From positions 33,523-97,522 of IMG/VR virus record IMGVR_UViG_3300048597_000133: a stretch of 64,000 bases of DNA; one strand, 5' to 3'. The stretch is from a virus. The notes under the pieces are model-generated. The model was not told where the DNA came from, did not search any database, and saw only the letters and a list, made by a program, of their open reading frames with translations. The position numbers and the translations under genes were made by a program. Of this stretch, positions 53,462 through 62,986 are shown one piece after another; the stretch's first letter is position 1; each line of letters starts with the position of its first letter.

Positions 53462-54163
53462 CTAACCTAGGTCAGCAGCAGCGTATACTACAGGGAATTG
53501 CTCTTTAAAGATACTTGCGGCGGCTAAGGCCACTTCACGATGTTCTAACTGGGTAGAAGGGTCACAACGTACCTTAAAATAATGTACCCAACTACGTACC
53601 GACCCCTTCATATATAACCTGGTTTTAGTTCCGGTAGGCAATAATGTCCGGGCACATTCCTTGGCTACACCAGAGTCTAACGCCGCCCTATACAAGGCAT
53701 ACGCCCTATCCCAATTGTGCGCTTGTGCCTCTAGAAAATCAGCCTTTACCTTATCCGGTAAGTCATCTATAGAATTCTGCCTGTTTTTATGGTCTTGCCG
53801 CCGTGCGCCGTACTCCTCATAATCAAAAGCTTCTGAATACCTCTGAGAATGCATCTGAAATACAAACGTTCTGTGTCTGATAAGTTGGGTAGCAATAGAG
53901 ATGCTAGTAATTATCTCTAGGGTCATATCAATCTGTTCTAGCACTGACCAATGGGACCCACGAATGCAATATCGTAGCAGCTTCTCATAATCAGGGTTTT
54001 CTTGATTAGGGCTACTGACACGAGCACAATACGCCATCAACCCTTCAGGGGTGGGCACTGTACCGTCTTCAAAAGCAAAACAAGGTTTAGTTACAGCAAT
54101 AAGTCTGACAGAAGGCATAAGACAGTTAACAGTAGAGGGCGTTATTGAAGGCAGGCTCTCCAA
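53462..54163 (-). CDS. thyX: flavin-dependent thymidylate synthase
   Basis: ARVS, HWSVLE, QLIRHR..F...SQRY, KECAR..LP, QLEHRE. Confidence 0.95.
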   Translation of the reverse strand: MESLPSITPSTVNCLMPSVRLIAVTKPCFAFEDGTVPTPEGLMAYCARVSSPNQENPDYEKLLRYCIRGSHWSVLEQIDMTLEIITSISIATQLIRHRTFVFQMHSQRYSEAFDYEEYGARRQDHKNRQNSIDDLPDKVKADFLEAQAHNWDRAYALYRAALDSGVAKECARTLLPTGTKTRLYMKGSVRSWVHYFKVRCDPSTQLEHREVALAAASIFKEQFPVVYAAADLG

Positions 54164-54755
54164 AGAGATTCTGCCCGATTAATTCTTCTAGCTTAGCGGC
54201 GGCAATAGCACAATAAGCCTCGGGGTCATTATAGTCGTTGTTAATGGTTAGAAACTTAACACCACGCGACTCAAAAGACTCACGGTCGATATATTGTCTA
54301 GAATCACCATCAAAAGAACAACCAGGGCGGTGAATCTGAACAATAGTTATCTGTCTAGGGTTGAAGTTATTCAACAAAGGCTCGACTTCTTCGCCAAAAC
54401 CTCCATCACTAACCACAAAGACATTATTGTCATGGTAAGGATGCCGTTTGATTTCCCCTATCAGCTGGAGACCAAAGAAGTCTTTACCGTGAAAGCGCTT
54501 GATATAACCTTCAGAGATGTTGATATAGGCTTGGCGCGGCGTCAAACCTAAGAACTCTGTCAACTTCTGGTCTTTGAGTGACTCATAAGCTGCAGGATGC
54601 TGGTCTGGAGTGTTATAAAACCGGTGGGTAATCTTCTTCAGCTCATTAGCGAACTTGATGTGGATTACATAAGGCTTATGTAATTCTACAAGGTGACTAG
54701 CTAAGAGGTCTTTACCAGAGCGCGGAGGACCGTTAAGGATAATGATTTGTTTCAT
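54126..54755 (-). CDS. deoxynucleoside monophosphate kinase
   Basis: GPPRSGKD, KFA..LK, TPRQ, VSDGGF.EE, DSR. Confidence 0.8.
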   Translation of the reverse strand: MKQIIILNGPPRSGKDLLASHLVELHKPYVIHIKFANELKKITHRFYNTPDQHPAAYESLKDQKLTEFLGLTPRQAYINISEGYIKRFHGKDFFGLQLIGEIKRHPYHDNNVFVVSDGGFGEEVEPLLNNFNPRQITIVQIHRPGCSFDGDSRQYIDRESFESRGVKFLTINNDYNDPEAYCAIAAAKLEELIGQNLFGEPAFNNALYC

Positions 54756-55108
54756 CAGTTGTTGGTGGCGGCTGCGCTTTTTACTTGGAGCTCTTTATTG
54801 ATCAGACTCATTTGCTCATCAATAATGGCACAAACTACAAATTCGTCTGAGCGCATTTTTCTTACTAGACCAACAATTTTATCCTTCTGGTCTTGAAGCA
54901 CTTCGTTTAAAGGACGACCCATTAAATCGCTAATGGCGTGGGCTGCGCTGAATACCTCACCAGTTTCACGGTCTTTAGCCGTCATATGATTGGTGAATAG
55001 GTCTTCTAAGGTGGCCAGCACTTGGAGTGCCACCTGGTCATCATCACTACGGGTAACGAAATCTAATTCTAGTTCTGCGGCGAGACTGGGCTTGGTTTTA
55101 TCAGACAT
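54755..55108 (-). CDS. hypothetical protein
   Basis: 117-aa ORF. Confidence 0.6.
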   Translation of the reverse strand: MSDKTKPSLAAELELDFVTRSDDDQVALQVLATLEDLFTNHMTAKDRETGEVFSAAHAISDLMGRPLNEVLQDQKDKIVGLVRKMRSDEFVVCAIIDEQMSLINKELQVKSAAATNN

Positions 55109-55152
55109 TACTTTTATCGGTTGGGTTGTGGTTTAGTTTAGCTTATTATCGT

Positions 55153-56901
55153 CTAAGTCAATAGTAAGTGCCGGGGCATAGTGACTGGTATTTGTAAACG
55201 ACCGGATTGCTGCTGCAAATTTGGAGTACGACAGTTCGACACGCATATGCCGGCGACTATGTAGTTATGACAATCAGCTACTTCTATGTCATACACCTCC
55301 ACAGCGTCGTTAAGGATAGTGGTCTTAGAAACAGAGTTGCCGGTTACTAGTTGTTGGCCTTGCTTTAAATCTTTAGCTTGTACCCAATCTCCGTTGTGGA
55401 GCATGATTTTATGGTCAGCGGTGCAAATCAAAGAATTGTTAGCGTAATGTAATTTGACTTCTATTACTTCCCTAATACCGTTATTAAAGAGATTAGTTAC
55501 AGGTCTGGTGGTGATTCTAGGCTCATTAGTGTAACAGTAAACCCTATCACCAACTTTTAGCTCTTCTATAGAGACAGGTCCATTTACTGTGGCCACCTTC
55601 TGTCCTTTGGCTATGCATGCCAACCGTCCAGTAGCAGCACCGAGTTGGTCATATGAAGCGTGTATCCGCTTAGTGGCAGGATTAATGAAGTTCCGTAAGT
55701 CCATGCCGTCCTGCTTAGTTAACTTCTTATATTCCAAAATGGACCTGACCACTGGAGTTAAATCACTGAGCACTGAATCTTCAAGGGACAGCAGCTCATC
55801 GTATAGCTCTGCTTCATCTTGGTCAATGAATATCTCCGCAGCGGCTTCCTGTTCATCTCCTTCAAACTGAGACAAAGCATCAATAACATCTAAGAGTCTT
55901 TCTAAGACCTGCGCTTGCCCGGTAGTTATCTTTTTAAGTCCTAGACCCCTATTAATGAGTTTAGGTAACCCCTGAGCTGAGCGAAGAATAGACATAGCCT
56001 TAGGGCTAGGCTCTAACTTGCGAGTAACAGGATTCTTCATCGGCGGGTCTAAGTCCAGCTCTATACTTAACTCAGCCCCAACTTCTAAAAGTCTGTCTTT
56101 GATAGCCTGTTGGAAATAACCCATGGTATTCTCACCCACAGGTATGCCGTTATACTCCATCTGGGCAATAACAGGCACTACCTCCATTTCCAGGTCCATA
56201 GTCTCCTGCATAGCAAGACCCCAAGACCCAGTATGTTCGACGTAGTTATTAGTTTCTAATAGTGGTGTATGTGGTAATGGGTCAGTCAGCACTTTACGCT
56301 GAATATCCATTATGGGGAATAGATGTCTAACATCGTTGGCAGCATAAGTAACTTTCTCTAACCACCACTCAGACTCTAACGTCCTACCTTCTATTCCAAT
56401 ACCCCAACTAGAAACCCTTAAGTCTTTCTTACCAGTAACATGGACATTTAACAGTTCCCTACAAATATCAGCATACCCGTGCCCTAGTTGTCTACTAACC
56501 TTAGATCCAGTCGCATTACCGATTAACTTCGACGCCATAACTACGTCAAATAGCTTTTTAAACCAGACGCCTAGCTCCTTACGCAAGAATTTAAGGTCAA
56601 ATTTAAGGTTAGCTCCGATCAGATACTCGGCATTATTAAGCGTATCTATGAGTAATTGGTTGACTTCTGAGATATGTGGAGATTCTTTAAGGATGAAGTA
56701 GTCAATGACTAGAGGTTTAGGTTGTTGTCTTTCTAAGAGAATAATTAAAGCAATGCCGCCGGTATGGCAGTCTAGAGCAGAGCCCTTAGCGCCCCATTCA
56801 GAGAGAGCATAGGTCTCAGTATCTAAAGCAAGCGGCCCGCCAGTTAATGTACCTAGGGCCGCTTTAAGGTCATCTACTTCAGTAATGTAACTAAAGTCCA
56901 T
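55153..56901 (-). CDS. polA: Family A DNA polymerase, N-terminal (3'-5' exonuclease plus thumb) subunit, intein-containing
   Basis: ExoI LALDTET, ExoII NLKFD, ExoIII YAAND, LEM...IAQMEYNGI, RIHASYDQLGAATGRLA-[intein]-CRTPNLQQ, then stop; motifs A-C absent. Confidence 0.9.
   Translation of the reverse strand: MDFSYITEVDDLKAALGTLTGGPLALDTETYALSEWGAKGSALDCHTGGIALIILLERQQPKPLVIDYFILKESPHISEVNQLLIDTLNNAEYLIGANLKFDLKFLRKELGVWFKKLFDVVMASKLIGNATGSKVSRQLGHGYADICRELLNVHVTGKKDLRVSSWGIGIEGRTLESEWWLEKVTYAANDVRHLFPIMDIQRKVLTDPLPHTPLLETNNYVEHTGSWGLAMQETMDLEMEVVPVIAQMEYNGIPVGENTMGYFQQAIKDRLLEVGAELSIELDLDPPMKNPVTRKLEPSPKAMSILRSAQGLPKLINRGLGLKKITTGQAQVLERLLDVIDALSQFEGDEQEAAAEIFIDQDEAELYDELLSLEDSVLSDLTPVVRSILEYKKLTKQDGMDLRNFINPATKRIHASYDQLGAATGRLACIAKGQKVATVNGPVSIEELKVGDRVYCYTNEPRITTRPVTNLFNNGIREVIEVKLHYANNSLICTADHKIMLHNGDWVQAKDLKQGQQLVTGNSVSKTTILNDAVEVYDIEVADCHNYIVAGICVSNCRTPNLQQQSGRLQIPVTMPRHLLLT
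55234..55617 (-). mobile_element. mini-intein (128 aa, no endonuclease)
   Basis: Block A CIAKGQKV, block B LICTADH, block F VYDIEV..HNY, block G VSN/C. Confidence 0.9.
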
Positions 56902-57146
56902 CAGCTTTCTTCTTCGTTAAGAAATTCGTTAAACATTAACACGACCAATAAAGGCCAAAAGGCTATAGAGCCTAAAATAAGAGTGCAAAACGCTAAGACG
57001 ACAATTACTTTGCTGTTAAACTCTAATCCGTCAAAGGCTACTCCGGAAGTATCCACCCCAATAAAGCCTAAACTAAAGGCTATATAAGCCGTGACTATAC
57101 CACTAAGGATATAAGTGCTAATGATATTGGTAAAAGACATGTACAT
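56901..57146 (-). CDS. small membrane protein
   Basis: Two hydrophobic helices. Confidence 0.6.
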   Translation of the reverse strand: MYMSFTNIISTYILSGIVTAYIAFSLGFIGVDTSGVAFDGLEFNSKVIVVLAFCTLILGSIAFWPLLVVLMFNEFLNEEES

Positions 57147-58129
57147 TATGTGTCACCGTTGTTATTCTTGTTGATTTGGTCGGTCAGTCGGGCGTAAAGC
57201 AACTCTGTATAACCAGGATTGTCTTTAAGGTATTTGGCTGCATTAGCCGAGCCTTGTAGTTTGATTTGCTCCATACCATCGGCTAATGGTTCTAGATAAT
57301 ACCAGGCGCCAGACTTCCTTACTACACCTAGTTGTTCACCAGCTAAAATCAAACACTCTTCTGTTTGAGCAACCCCGTTATAAATAGGCACCTCACAACT
57401 AAGATAAGGCGTGGCACACTTATTTTTCTCAATCTTGATTTGAGATTTAATCCTCCCTGGACTATTAAGGTCTTTGATAGAGTGCGTAACACGGATACGT
57501 TGACTATAAAGGTGCTTAATGGCGTGCCCACCAGGCGTATTCAACCCACCATGGGTTGAGTTGAGATTATCCCTGACCTGATTAACAAATACAACTACTG
57601 CCTGGTTATGTTCCACCTGGTCAGTGATTTTATTCTTGACTCGGTTTAAGAAGCCGGCGGTACTAGATACATCACGAGCTTCTGAGTCATTATCAATCTT
57701 GTCGTATACTGCCTTAGGCATAAGCATAGCTACAGTGTCTAATATGACTAGCTTGGCTCCCATCTTAATGGATTCGATGAGTTGGTCAATAGCGTCTTCA
57801 CTGTAATTAGGTCTAGTAACAATGAATTGCTCATTATCTAGACCATGGGCGGCAATAGCTTCCTTCGTGACAGTCTTCTCTAAATCAATATAAAGAGCAG
57901 TTTCTCCTCTATTGACCGCTGCTCGACAGATAGATAAACAGATGGTGGATTTACCGGCGGACTCCGGTCCAAACAGTTCTGCTACACGGCCAACAGCGAG
58001 CCCACCACCTAGAGCTAAGTCTAAGGTAGCGATACCAGTGCTGACCATTTGTAATGATGGCAGGTCGTTATGGTTAAAGACGTTCGTCTTATAAGTCTTT
58101 TTGAGGTGTGCTAAAAGGTCGGAAGACAT
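57146..58129 (-). CDS. recA: RecA/UvsX recombinase
   Basis: STG..TLDLALGGGL..GR..ELFGPESAGKST, YIDLE, ILDTVA, NQVR, TPGGHA.K, KNK, KSGAWY. Confidence 0.95.
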   Translation of the reverse strand: MSSDLLAHLKKTYKTNVFNHNDLPSLQMVSTGIATLDLALGGGLAVGRVAELFGPESAGKSTICLSICRAAVNRGETALYIDLEKTVTKEAIAAHGLDNEQFIVTRPNYSEDAIDQLIESIKMGAKLVILDTVAMLMPKAVYDKIDNDSEARDVSSTAGFLNRVKNKITDQVEHNQAVVVFVNQVRDNLNSTHGGLNTPGGHAIKHLYSQRIRVTHSIKDLNSPGRIKSQIKIEKNKCATPYLSCEVPIYNGVAQTEECLILAGEQLGVVRKSGAWYYLEPLADGMEQIKLQGSANAAKYLKDNPGYTELLYARLTDQINKNNNGDT

Positions 58130-58149
58130 AAATAAAAGGAATGGATTGG

Positions 58150-58374
58150 CTAATTATAGTAGTCGAGTGGCACAACATCACCTATGAGTTCATCATTTTG
58201 GTTAATGCAGGTCTCTTTCTTACTGGGGTCTTTTACATATTGACAAACACGTGCCCATAATCTGGCTCTAGTGCCAGCAGGGCCAGAAGAAAACAACACA
58301 CGGGCATCGTCTTCAATGATTACCCCACAGGTTGGGCAGGTCACTTGGTTAGGTTTGTTCGGTTCCATAGTCAT
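58150..58374 (-). CDS. small Cys-containing protein of a type I associate with cyanobacteria
   Basis: CPTCGV.I...V.FS.GP.GTRARLWARVCQY...CIN. Confidence 0.6.
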   Translation of the reverse strand: MTMEPNKPNQVTCPTCGVIIEDDARVLFSSGPAGTRARLWARVCQYVKDPSKKETCINQNDELIGDVVPLDYYN

Positions 58375-58888
58375 CGTTGGCTTTTGCTTCTAGTGCTTGA
58401 GAGCAACTTAGTAGATATGCAAAGAATTCTGGTGTGCAGCAGTAAATAGTTTGAGGAGGATTATTCATAAGGTCGCTGCGTTGTATCTCTATGGCCCAGA
58501 CATCTATGCCTTGGCCACGCCCATAATCGTATTCAGTGGAAGTCAGATTCCAAGACTGTCTAAGCCCACGGCGCTTTACTTCTAGACGGTGATTATAAGA
58601 ACCCAAGGCCAAATCTCCGTCATGGTTGGCGGCACCAGAACGTTGAGTATGTCTGACAATCTCATCAGCTACGCGTTGTTCTGTTTGTTTAGCCTGGGTC
58701 TGTTGCTTTCTACGCTTTTGTTTGTCTTTTTGCCAGTCGGAGGCTGGGTGGTCATCGAATCCTGATATTACAGGGACATAGTAAAGTTTGGTATGGCCGG
58801 TGCCGGCGACACATTGACCACATTTACTAGGTGCTGAGGCGCAATTAGCATAGAAAGTAGTCGGGCAATTCTTTAACTTCTTAGACAT
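58349..58888 (-). CDS. putative PD-(D/E)XK nuclease (Holliday junction resolvase-like)
   Basis: EQRVA...SGA...DGD...LEVK; N-terminal Cys cluster. Confidence 0.6.
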   Translation of the reverse strand: MSKKLKNCPTTFYANCASAPSKCGQCVAGTGHTKLYYVPVISGFDDHPASDWQKDKQKRRKQQTQAKQTEQRVADEIVRHTQRSGAANHDGDLALGSYNHRLEVKRRGLRQSWNLTSTEYDYGRGQGIDVWAIEIQRSDLMNNPPQTIYCCTPEFFAYLLSCSQALEAKANDDYGTEQT

Positions 58889-58897
58889 AGTAATCGT

Positions 58898-59389
58898 ATG
58901 GCTTCATCATTAAGTTCTTATAAAATAAGCACAGTGGCTCAAACAAAGGTAGAGGGCAATATGCAAGCCTCTCTAAACCTTAACCCTACTGTCCTAACTC
59001 AAGCTACGCTCGGTAATGCTGTTTATGATTGTTATCCCACGGTATTAGCCTCTAGGATTCCAGTAGAGTCCACTGAGACTTGGGAGTTGGCTAATTATTA
59101 TCAAAGCCCGGACCAGATTTTAAAATTGTTGATTGTTAAAGCAAGTCGACCTGTACAGGTCAAATTAGATGGTGTTATATCAGGTGATGCTGTTGAATAT
59201 GTCTTGCCTTACAACACATATATTCATCAAGTGTTCGATTCTAGGGAATTAACTTTTGGTTTTAGATTATTAGAGCTTCACGTAACGTGTGCTGCTGCAT
59301 CACTACAGAACCCTATGCCTTTGCCTCCTAACTATCCAGATGCTCAGGTTGAAGTTCTACTAGCCGTGCAGAAGACTATTGTTTCTTAG
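58898..59389 (+). CDS. hypothetical protein, probably structural
   Basis: 163-aa plus-strand ORF. Confidence 0.55.
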   Translation: MASSLSSYKISTVAQTKVEGNMQASLNLNPTVLTQATLGNAVYDCYPTVLASRIPVESTETWELANYYQSPDQILKLLIVKASRPVQVKLDGVISGDAVEYVLPYNTYIHQVFDSRELTFGFRLLELHVTCAAASLQNPMPLPPNYPDAQVEVLLAVQKTIVS

Positions 59390-60009
59390 ACGACGAAGAA
59401 ACGTATTTCACAGATAGAGTCAATATAATGACGGGCGCGGCGCATACCGTGCTCTAAGTCTTCATCTTTGATTTTATCCTTGTAATGTTGCCTCGTAATG
59501 CGTTCTGCCTGTTCAGCGTACTCCAGCCGCTTATGACAAGGCACCATTTTAGCTGCCTGCCCGAAATAAGTATCACTCAGACTAGCTGCCGCTGCCATTA
59601 CTGGATAATAGGCTTTAAAAACCCAACCTTGCTGATGTCGTAGGTCTTTAGCGGGCTCATATTTGTTACTAAGGTTATATTCCTGTTTCCAATCTAACCA
59701 GTTAGCAACAGTAAAGTACGGACCGTAGTCTAAAGAAGACACCATTTCATCCAATAGCTCTTTGCTTTGATATTCAGGGTCTGAAGTTGTGCGAATAGCA
59801 TAAGCGGCCACACGAAACCTAATACAGTAAAGGAAAGTGTAGTAAGGCGTAGACCAATATATCTTTGGGTTGGTCTTATCTGTACACTCATTACTCTCAT
59901 GTAACTCTGTTAATAGGGCCACAAATGAGCCAAGGAAGGATTGAATATCTAAGCCTTTGGCGAGCTCTTTGAAAGAGTCTACGCGCGAAGTGTCGTAAGG
60001 TTGTTTCAT
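59386..60009 (-). CDS. hypothetical protein
   Basis: 207-aa ORF. Confidence 0.6.
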   Translation of the reverse strand: MKQPYDTSRVDSFKELAKGLDIQSFLGSFVALLTELHESNECTDKTNPKIYWSTPYYTFLYCIRFRVAAYAIRTTSDPEYQSKELLDEMVSSLDYGPYFTVANWLDWKQEYNLSNKYEPAKDLRHQQGWVFKAYYPVMAAAASLSDTYFGQAAKMVPCHKRLEYAEQAERITRQHYKDKIKDEDLEHGMRRARHYIDSICEIRFFVV

Positions 60010-60165
60010 GAGATGGAATAGAAGTAGGCTTTACACCTAATAATAATCGTTGGTTTATAGGAAGGGACATGGTTTCTTTTACCTATTCTGTTAATTGCTG
60101 CTGATATACTTTTTACTTGGCGGGATGGCGTTAAGCTGTAATTAGCACTATCTAACCCTTTAGCT

Positions 60166-60797
60166 ATGCCTAATTTTAATCCAGGTACTGACCAGGGCAC
60201 ATTACAATCTCACCCTCTTTACCATTCACCGTTTAATGAGGTGGCCGGCGGTCCTTATAAAATCACTTATAACGGTTTCGTCCGTATCAACACCGGTAAC
60301 TATCCTAATGATGAGACTGGCGACTCAGCCTTAACAGCCTGGCATCACTATCTACAAAACTTAGACATTACCATCAGCAAACACGACTGCTCTACAGAAG
60401 CTACGGCTGGTTCTGTAGTAATGCGAGATGCGGACGGTAATATTACAGGAACGGGCTTTAGGGCCGATACTATTTACTTGGGTGGTGTCAATGGATTACA
60501 AGCAGTGGTCAGTGGAGGTCGCTTCTAATGAGTGAAGAAACTATTCTGATTAACGCCACTACAACTAGCCAAGGTTTATATCTGACTGAGTTGGGTTCTT
60601 TTGATGATGACCCGGCGGCAGATGATGTGTATGAATTTGCTTTGAAATCCAATAACAACTTTATGACGTTGGACCAAACAGTAGAGCGGACCAATGACAC
60701 GTATCTAAACATGCAGCAGCTCCGCTCTAAAGGATTATTGGGGCGAGTAATGTATGGAGGGCGTACAGGAGTTGATGATGACCCTACACCAGCCTAA
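60166..60797 (+). CDS. two coupled small virion-like proteins (60166-60528, 60528-60797)
   Basis: INTG..PND.TGD and D.P..DD.Y....KSN.NF resemble baseplate/fibre N-terminal motifs; SVVMRDADGN. Confidence 0.5.
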
Positions 60798-61160
60798 CTA
60801 TAAGGCTTGCTTGTAATCTGGGATGCCTAGACGGGCGCCAAAGATTTCTACCACTTTAGATTCAACGGTATGATAATCATCCACCAGCTGTTTAATTTCA
60901 TCTATTAGCTTCTGGCGGTCTATGGATATCCTGTCGGCTTGTCGGTTTACATCTTGTTGTTGTTCTTCGGTTAGGGTGTTAGAGAACCCCATAGAGCCAA
61001 CCTTCAAATGCTTGAGGACATTCTGTCGGTGATATAGGTTAGATAGCAGCTCTGCGTTTAACTTAATTAAGTCCGGCGTGGCGATCTTATCTAAAGAGCT
61101 GTGCCACACGCAGGTGCGCCAGGATTGTTGGAAGGATAGGTTTTCAAGGACTTTGTTCAT
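60798..61160 (-). CDS. hypothetical protein
   Basis: 120-aa ORF; LSFQQ...L..LY motif weakly reminiscent of NblA. Confidence 0.55.
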   Translation of the reverse strand: MNKVLENLSFQQSWRTCVWHSSLDKIATPDLIKLNAELLSNLYHRQNVLKHLKVGSMGFSNTLTEEQQQDVNRQADRISIDRQKLIDEIKQLVDDYHTVESKVVEIFGARLGIPDYKQAL

Positions 61161-61249
61161 GGAAATGGGCTCACATTAGGTATATTTACCACTAGACTAA
61201 GCTGTGCCAGCAGTAATTGTAGTAACAAGGTTGACCAAATCGTAAAATT

Positions 61250-62986
61250 ATGCCTGACCTTTTAATAACCAGCCAAGATATTCTCAGGTATATTCACCGG
61301 TGTAACGGCGACCCCAACAACATACCTAGAATCCAACTACCGACCCTAGATGAGCCAGGCTGGATAGACATATATAAAGGGGAGATTACTGTTAATACCT
61401 CTACTGACTCACCAGGTCTATGGATTCGTACAGGCATTGGACCAGATGAGTCTAGCCAAGACCAATTGGTACGCATAGGCAATGTCTTGATAGGAGAGCT
61501 AGAACCCTTTTCGAATGATTCTAATCAAGACGAACTGCCTGTTAATACTCAAGGGTTATTCTGGTATAACACCCGTAATAAACATCTATATGTTCGAGTT
61601 AAGACCGAGTGGGTAAAGATAACCAGTGACATAGCTACTGAATTAGTAAGAGGTATAGTAAGACAGGCTACCCAAGCAGAAGTAATTGCAGGCGCCCAAA
61701 ACTCTACTTACGTTACACCAGCTAACCTGCGGGCATGGCAAGAATACTATGAGTTGGTTAGCCGTCGACGAGGTGGTTCTAAAGTCTATGTAGACCCCGA
61801 TTCAGGCGATGACTCTTTAGAAAATGACGGCAGTGACCCGGGGTATCCCCTACTAAGCATTAATCGTGCCCTGTTAGAAGCTATACGCCGCCCTAATGTT
61901 AAATCTATACATCTAACGGCAGGAGATTATATTGTTGATAATCGCCGGGGCTCTACAGACTTTATGTCTATTAATCCTCCTTGGCAGTATGATGGCAAGC
62001 TTCACGGTCCAATTAACCCTATTAGTGTTAGCGGGGTAGTCGCAGCAGTTAGTAATATAAACCCCAAAGGACAACCATCTGTCATCAACGTAGACTCTTC
62101 ATTGACATCAGAACAATTACGTCCTGGACAGCAAGTCCATTTTGTTAAGGATGATTTAGTCATTGGTAGTGGCCTAATAGCCAAAGAAGGAGTCAAGATA
62201 ATAGCTGACGGCAACACCCAGGTCACATTTAAATTAGTGCGTGGGCGATTAGAGCAAGGATGTAGGTTAGTCGCAGCGGGATTAAAAGAGTTTAATGCAG
62301 TGAGTAGTGGTGTGATCGTGCCTCGTTCATTGACTATCACCGCTGACCCAGGCACGGTATTACGTCCTTATTTCATCACCAATATTAATAACCCTCAGTC
62401 GTCTTGGTTATTTAAGTTAACTCCACATAGCACTTTGTTAGGTGTTAAGTTCAGTGACCAATTAGGTATACAAGTTAGTCATTATTGGTATACGGCGTTA
62501 ACTATGACCACTGTGTCTGATTTAGTAGATGAAGCGCAGGGCTATTACCCTAAATGCCGTGTAGCCTTAGGTAACTCACAATTATGGACTGTGCCATCTG
62601 AGATAGAGGCGGCGCCAGCTATGCGCTACCTAACTTTAAAAGAGTGCTCTATGGAGACTAATTATGGGTCTAGCCTTATTAAATTAAAAGACCATTATAT
62701 AGAGGGGGATAAGAGGGTAGCGTTTTACGACCTAATGACCCAAGCACAGCAATTGGACTTACGGTCCTATGATATGGACACAGAAGATTTATTAGTGAGT
62801 CAAAGACATTGTATGTTAGAGGTTATGGGACCAGAGGATTCTGGGTATGTAATTAGTTTTGAAGGTGGCGGGTATTCTGCTAATTGGCCAGACCATATTA
62901 AGTTAGAAACCGAAGATGCCGCTAGTGTTAACTTAGGTAGTCATGAAGTAATTCCTTATACGCCCCTTGTTATAGCCGATGAGTAA
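61250..62986 (+). CDS. tail fibre / tailspike-like protein
   Basis: ATE..RGIVRQATQAEV.AG...YVTPA fibre repeat; VYVDP.SGDDS..N.G....P...INRAL...GDY. Confidence 0.7.
   Translation: MPDLLITSQDILRYIHRCNGDPNNIPRIQLPTLDEPGWIDIYKGEITVNTSTDSPGLWIRTGIGPDESSQDQLVRIGNVLIGELEPFSNDSNQDELPVNTQGLFWYNTRNKHLYVRVKTEWVKITSDIATELVRGIVRQATQAEVIAGAQNSTYVTPANLRAWQEYYELVSRRRGGSKVYVDPDSGDDSLENDGSDPGYPLLSINRALLEAIRRPNVKSIHLTAGDYIVDNRRGSTDFMSINPPWQYDGKLHGPINPISVSGVVAAVSNINPKGQPSVINVDSSLTSEQLRPGQQVHFVKDDLVIGSGLIAKEGVKIIADGNTQVTFKLVRGRLEQGCRLVAAGLKEFNAVSSGVIVPRSLTITADPGTVLRPYFITNINNPQSSWLFKLTPHSTLLGVKFSDQLGIQVSHYWYTALTMTTVSDLVDEAQGYYPKCRVALGNSQLWTVPSEIEAAPAMRYLTLKECSMETNYGSSLIKLKDHYIEGDKRVAFYDLMTQAQQLDLRSYDMDTEDLLVSQRHCMLEVMGPEDSGYVISFEGGGYSANWPDHIKLETEDAASVNLGSHEVIPYTPLVIADE

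Noticed and set aside
55109-55233. Trans-splicing (split intein or split intron) joining the polA halves
   Set aside because: The intein is complete in cis; no intein fragment or group I core is visible after the N-half or before 9609; read-through of the TAG meets TAA four codons later.
1790-62355. Many 60-140 aa ORFs antisense to long genes (e.g. 1790, 4152, 8919, 20358, 44219, 55589, 62002)
   Set aside because: They are shadow frames fully overlapping well-supported genes on the other strand, with no motifs.
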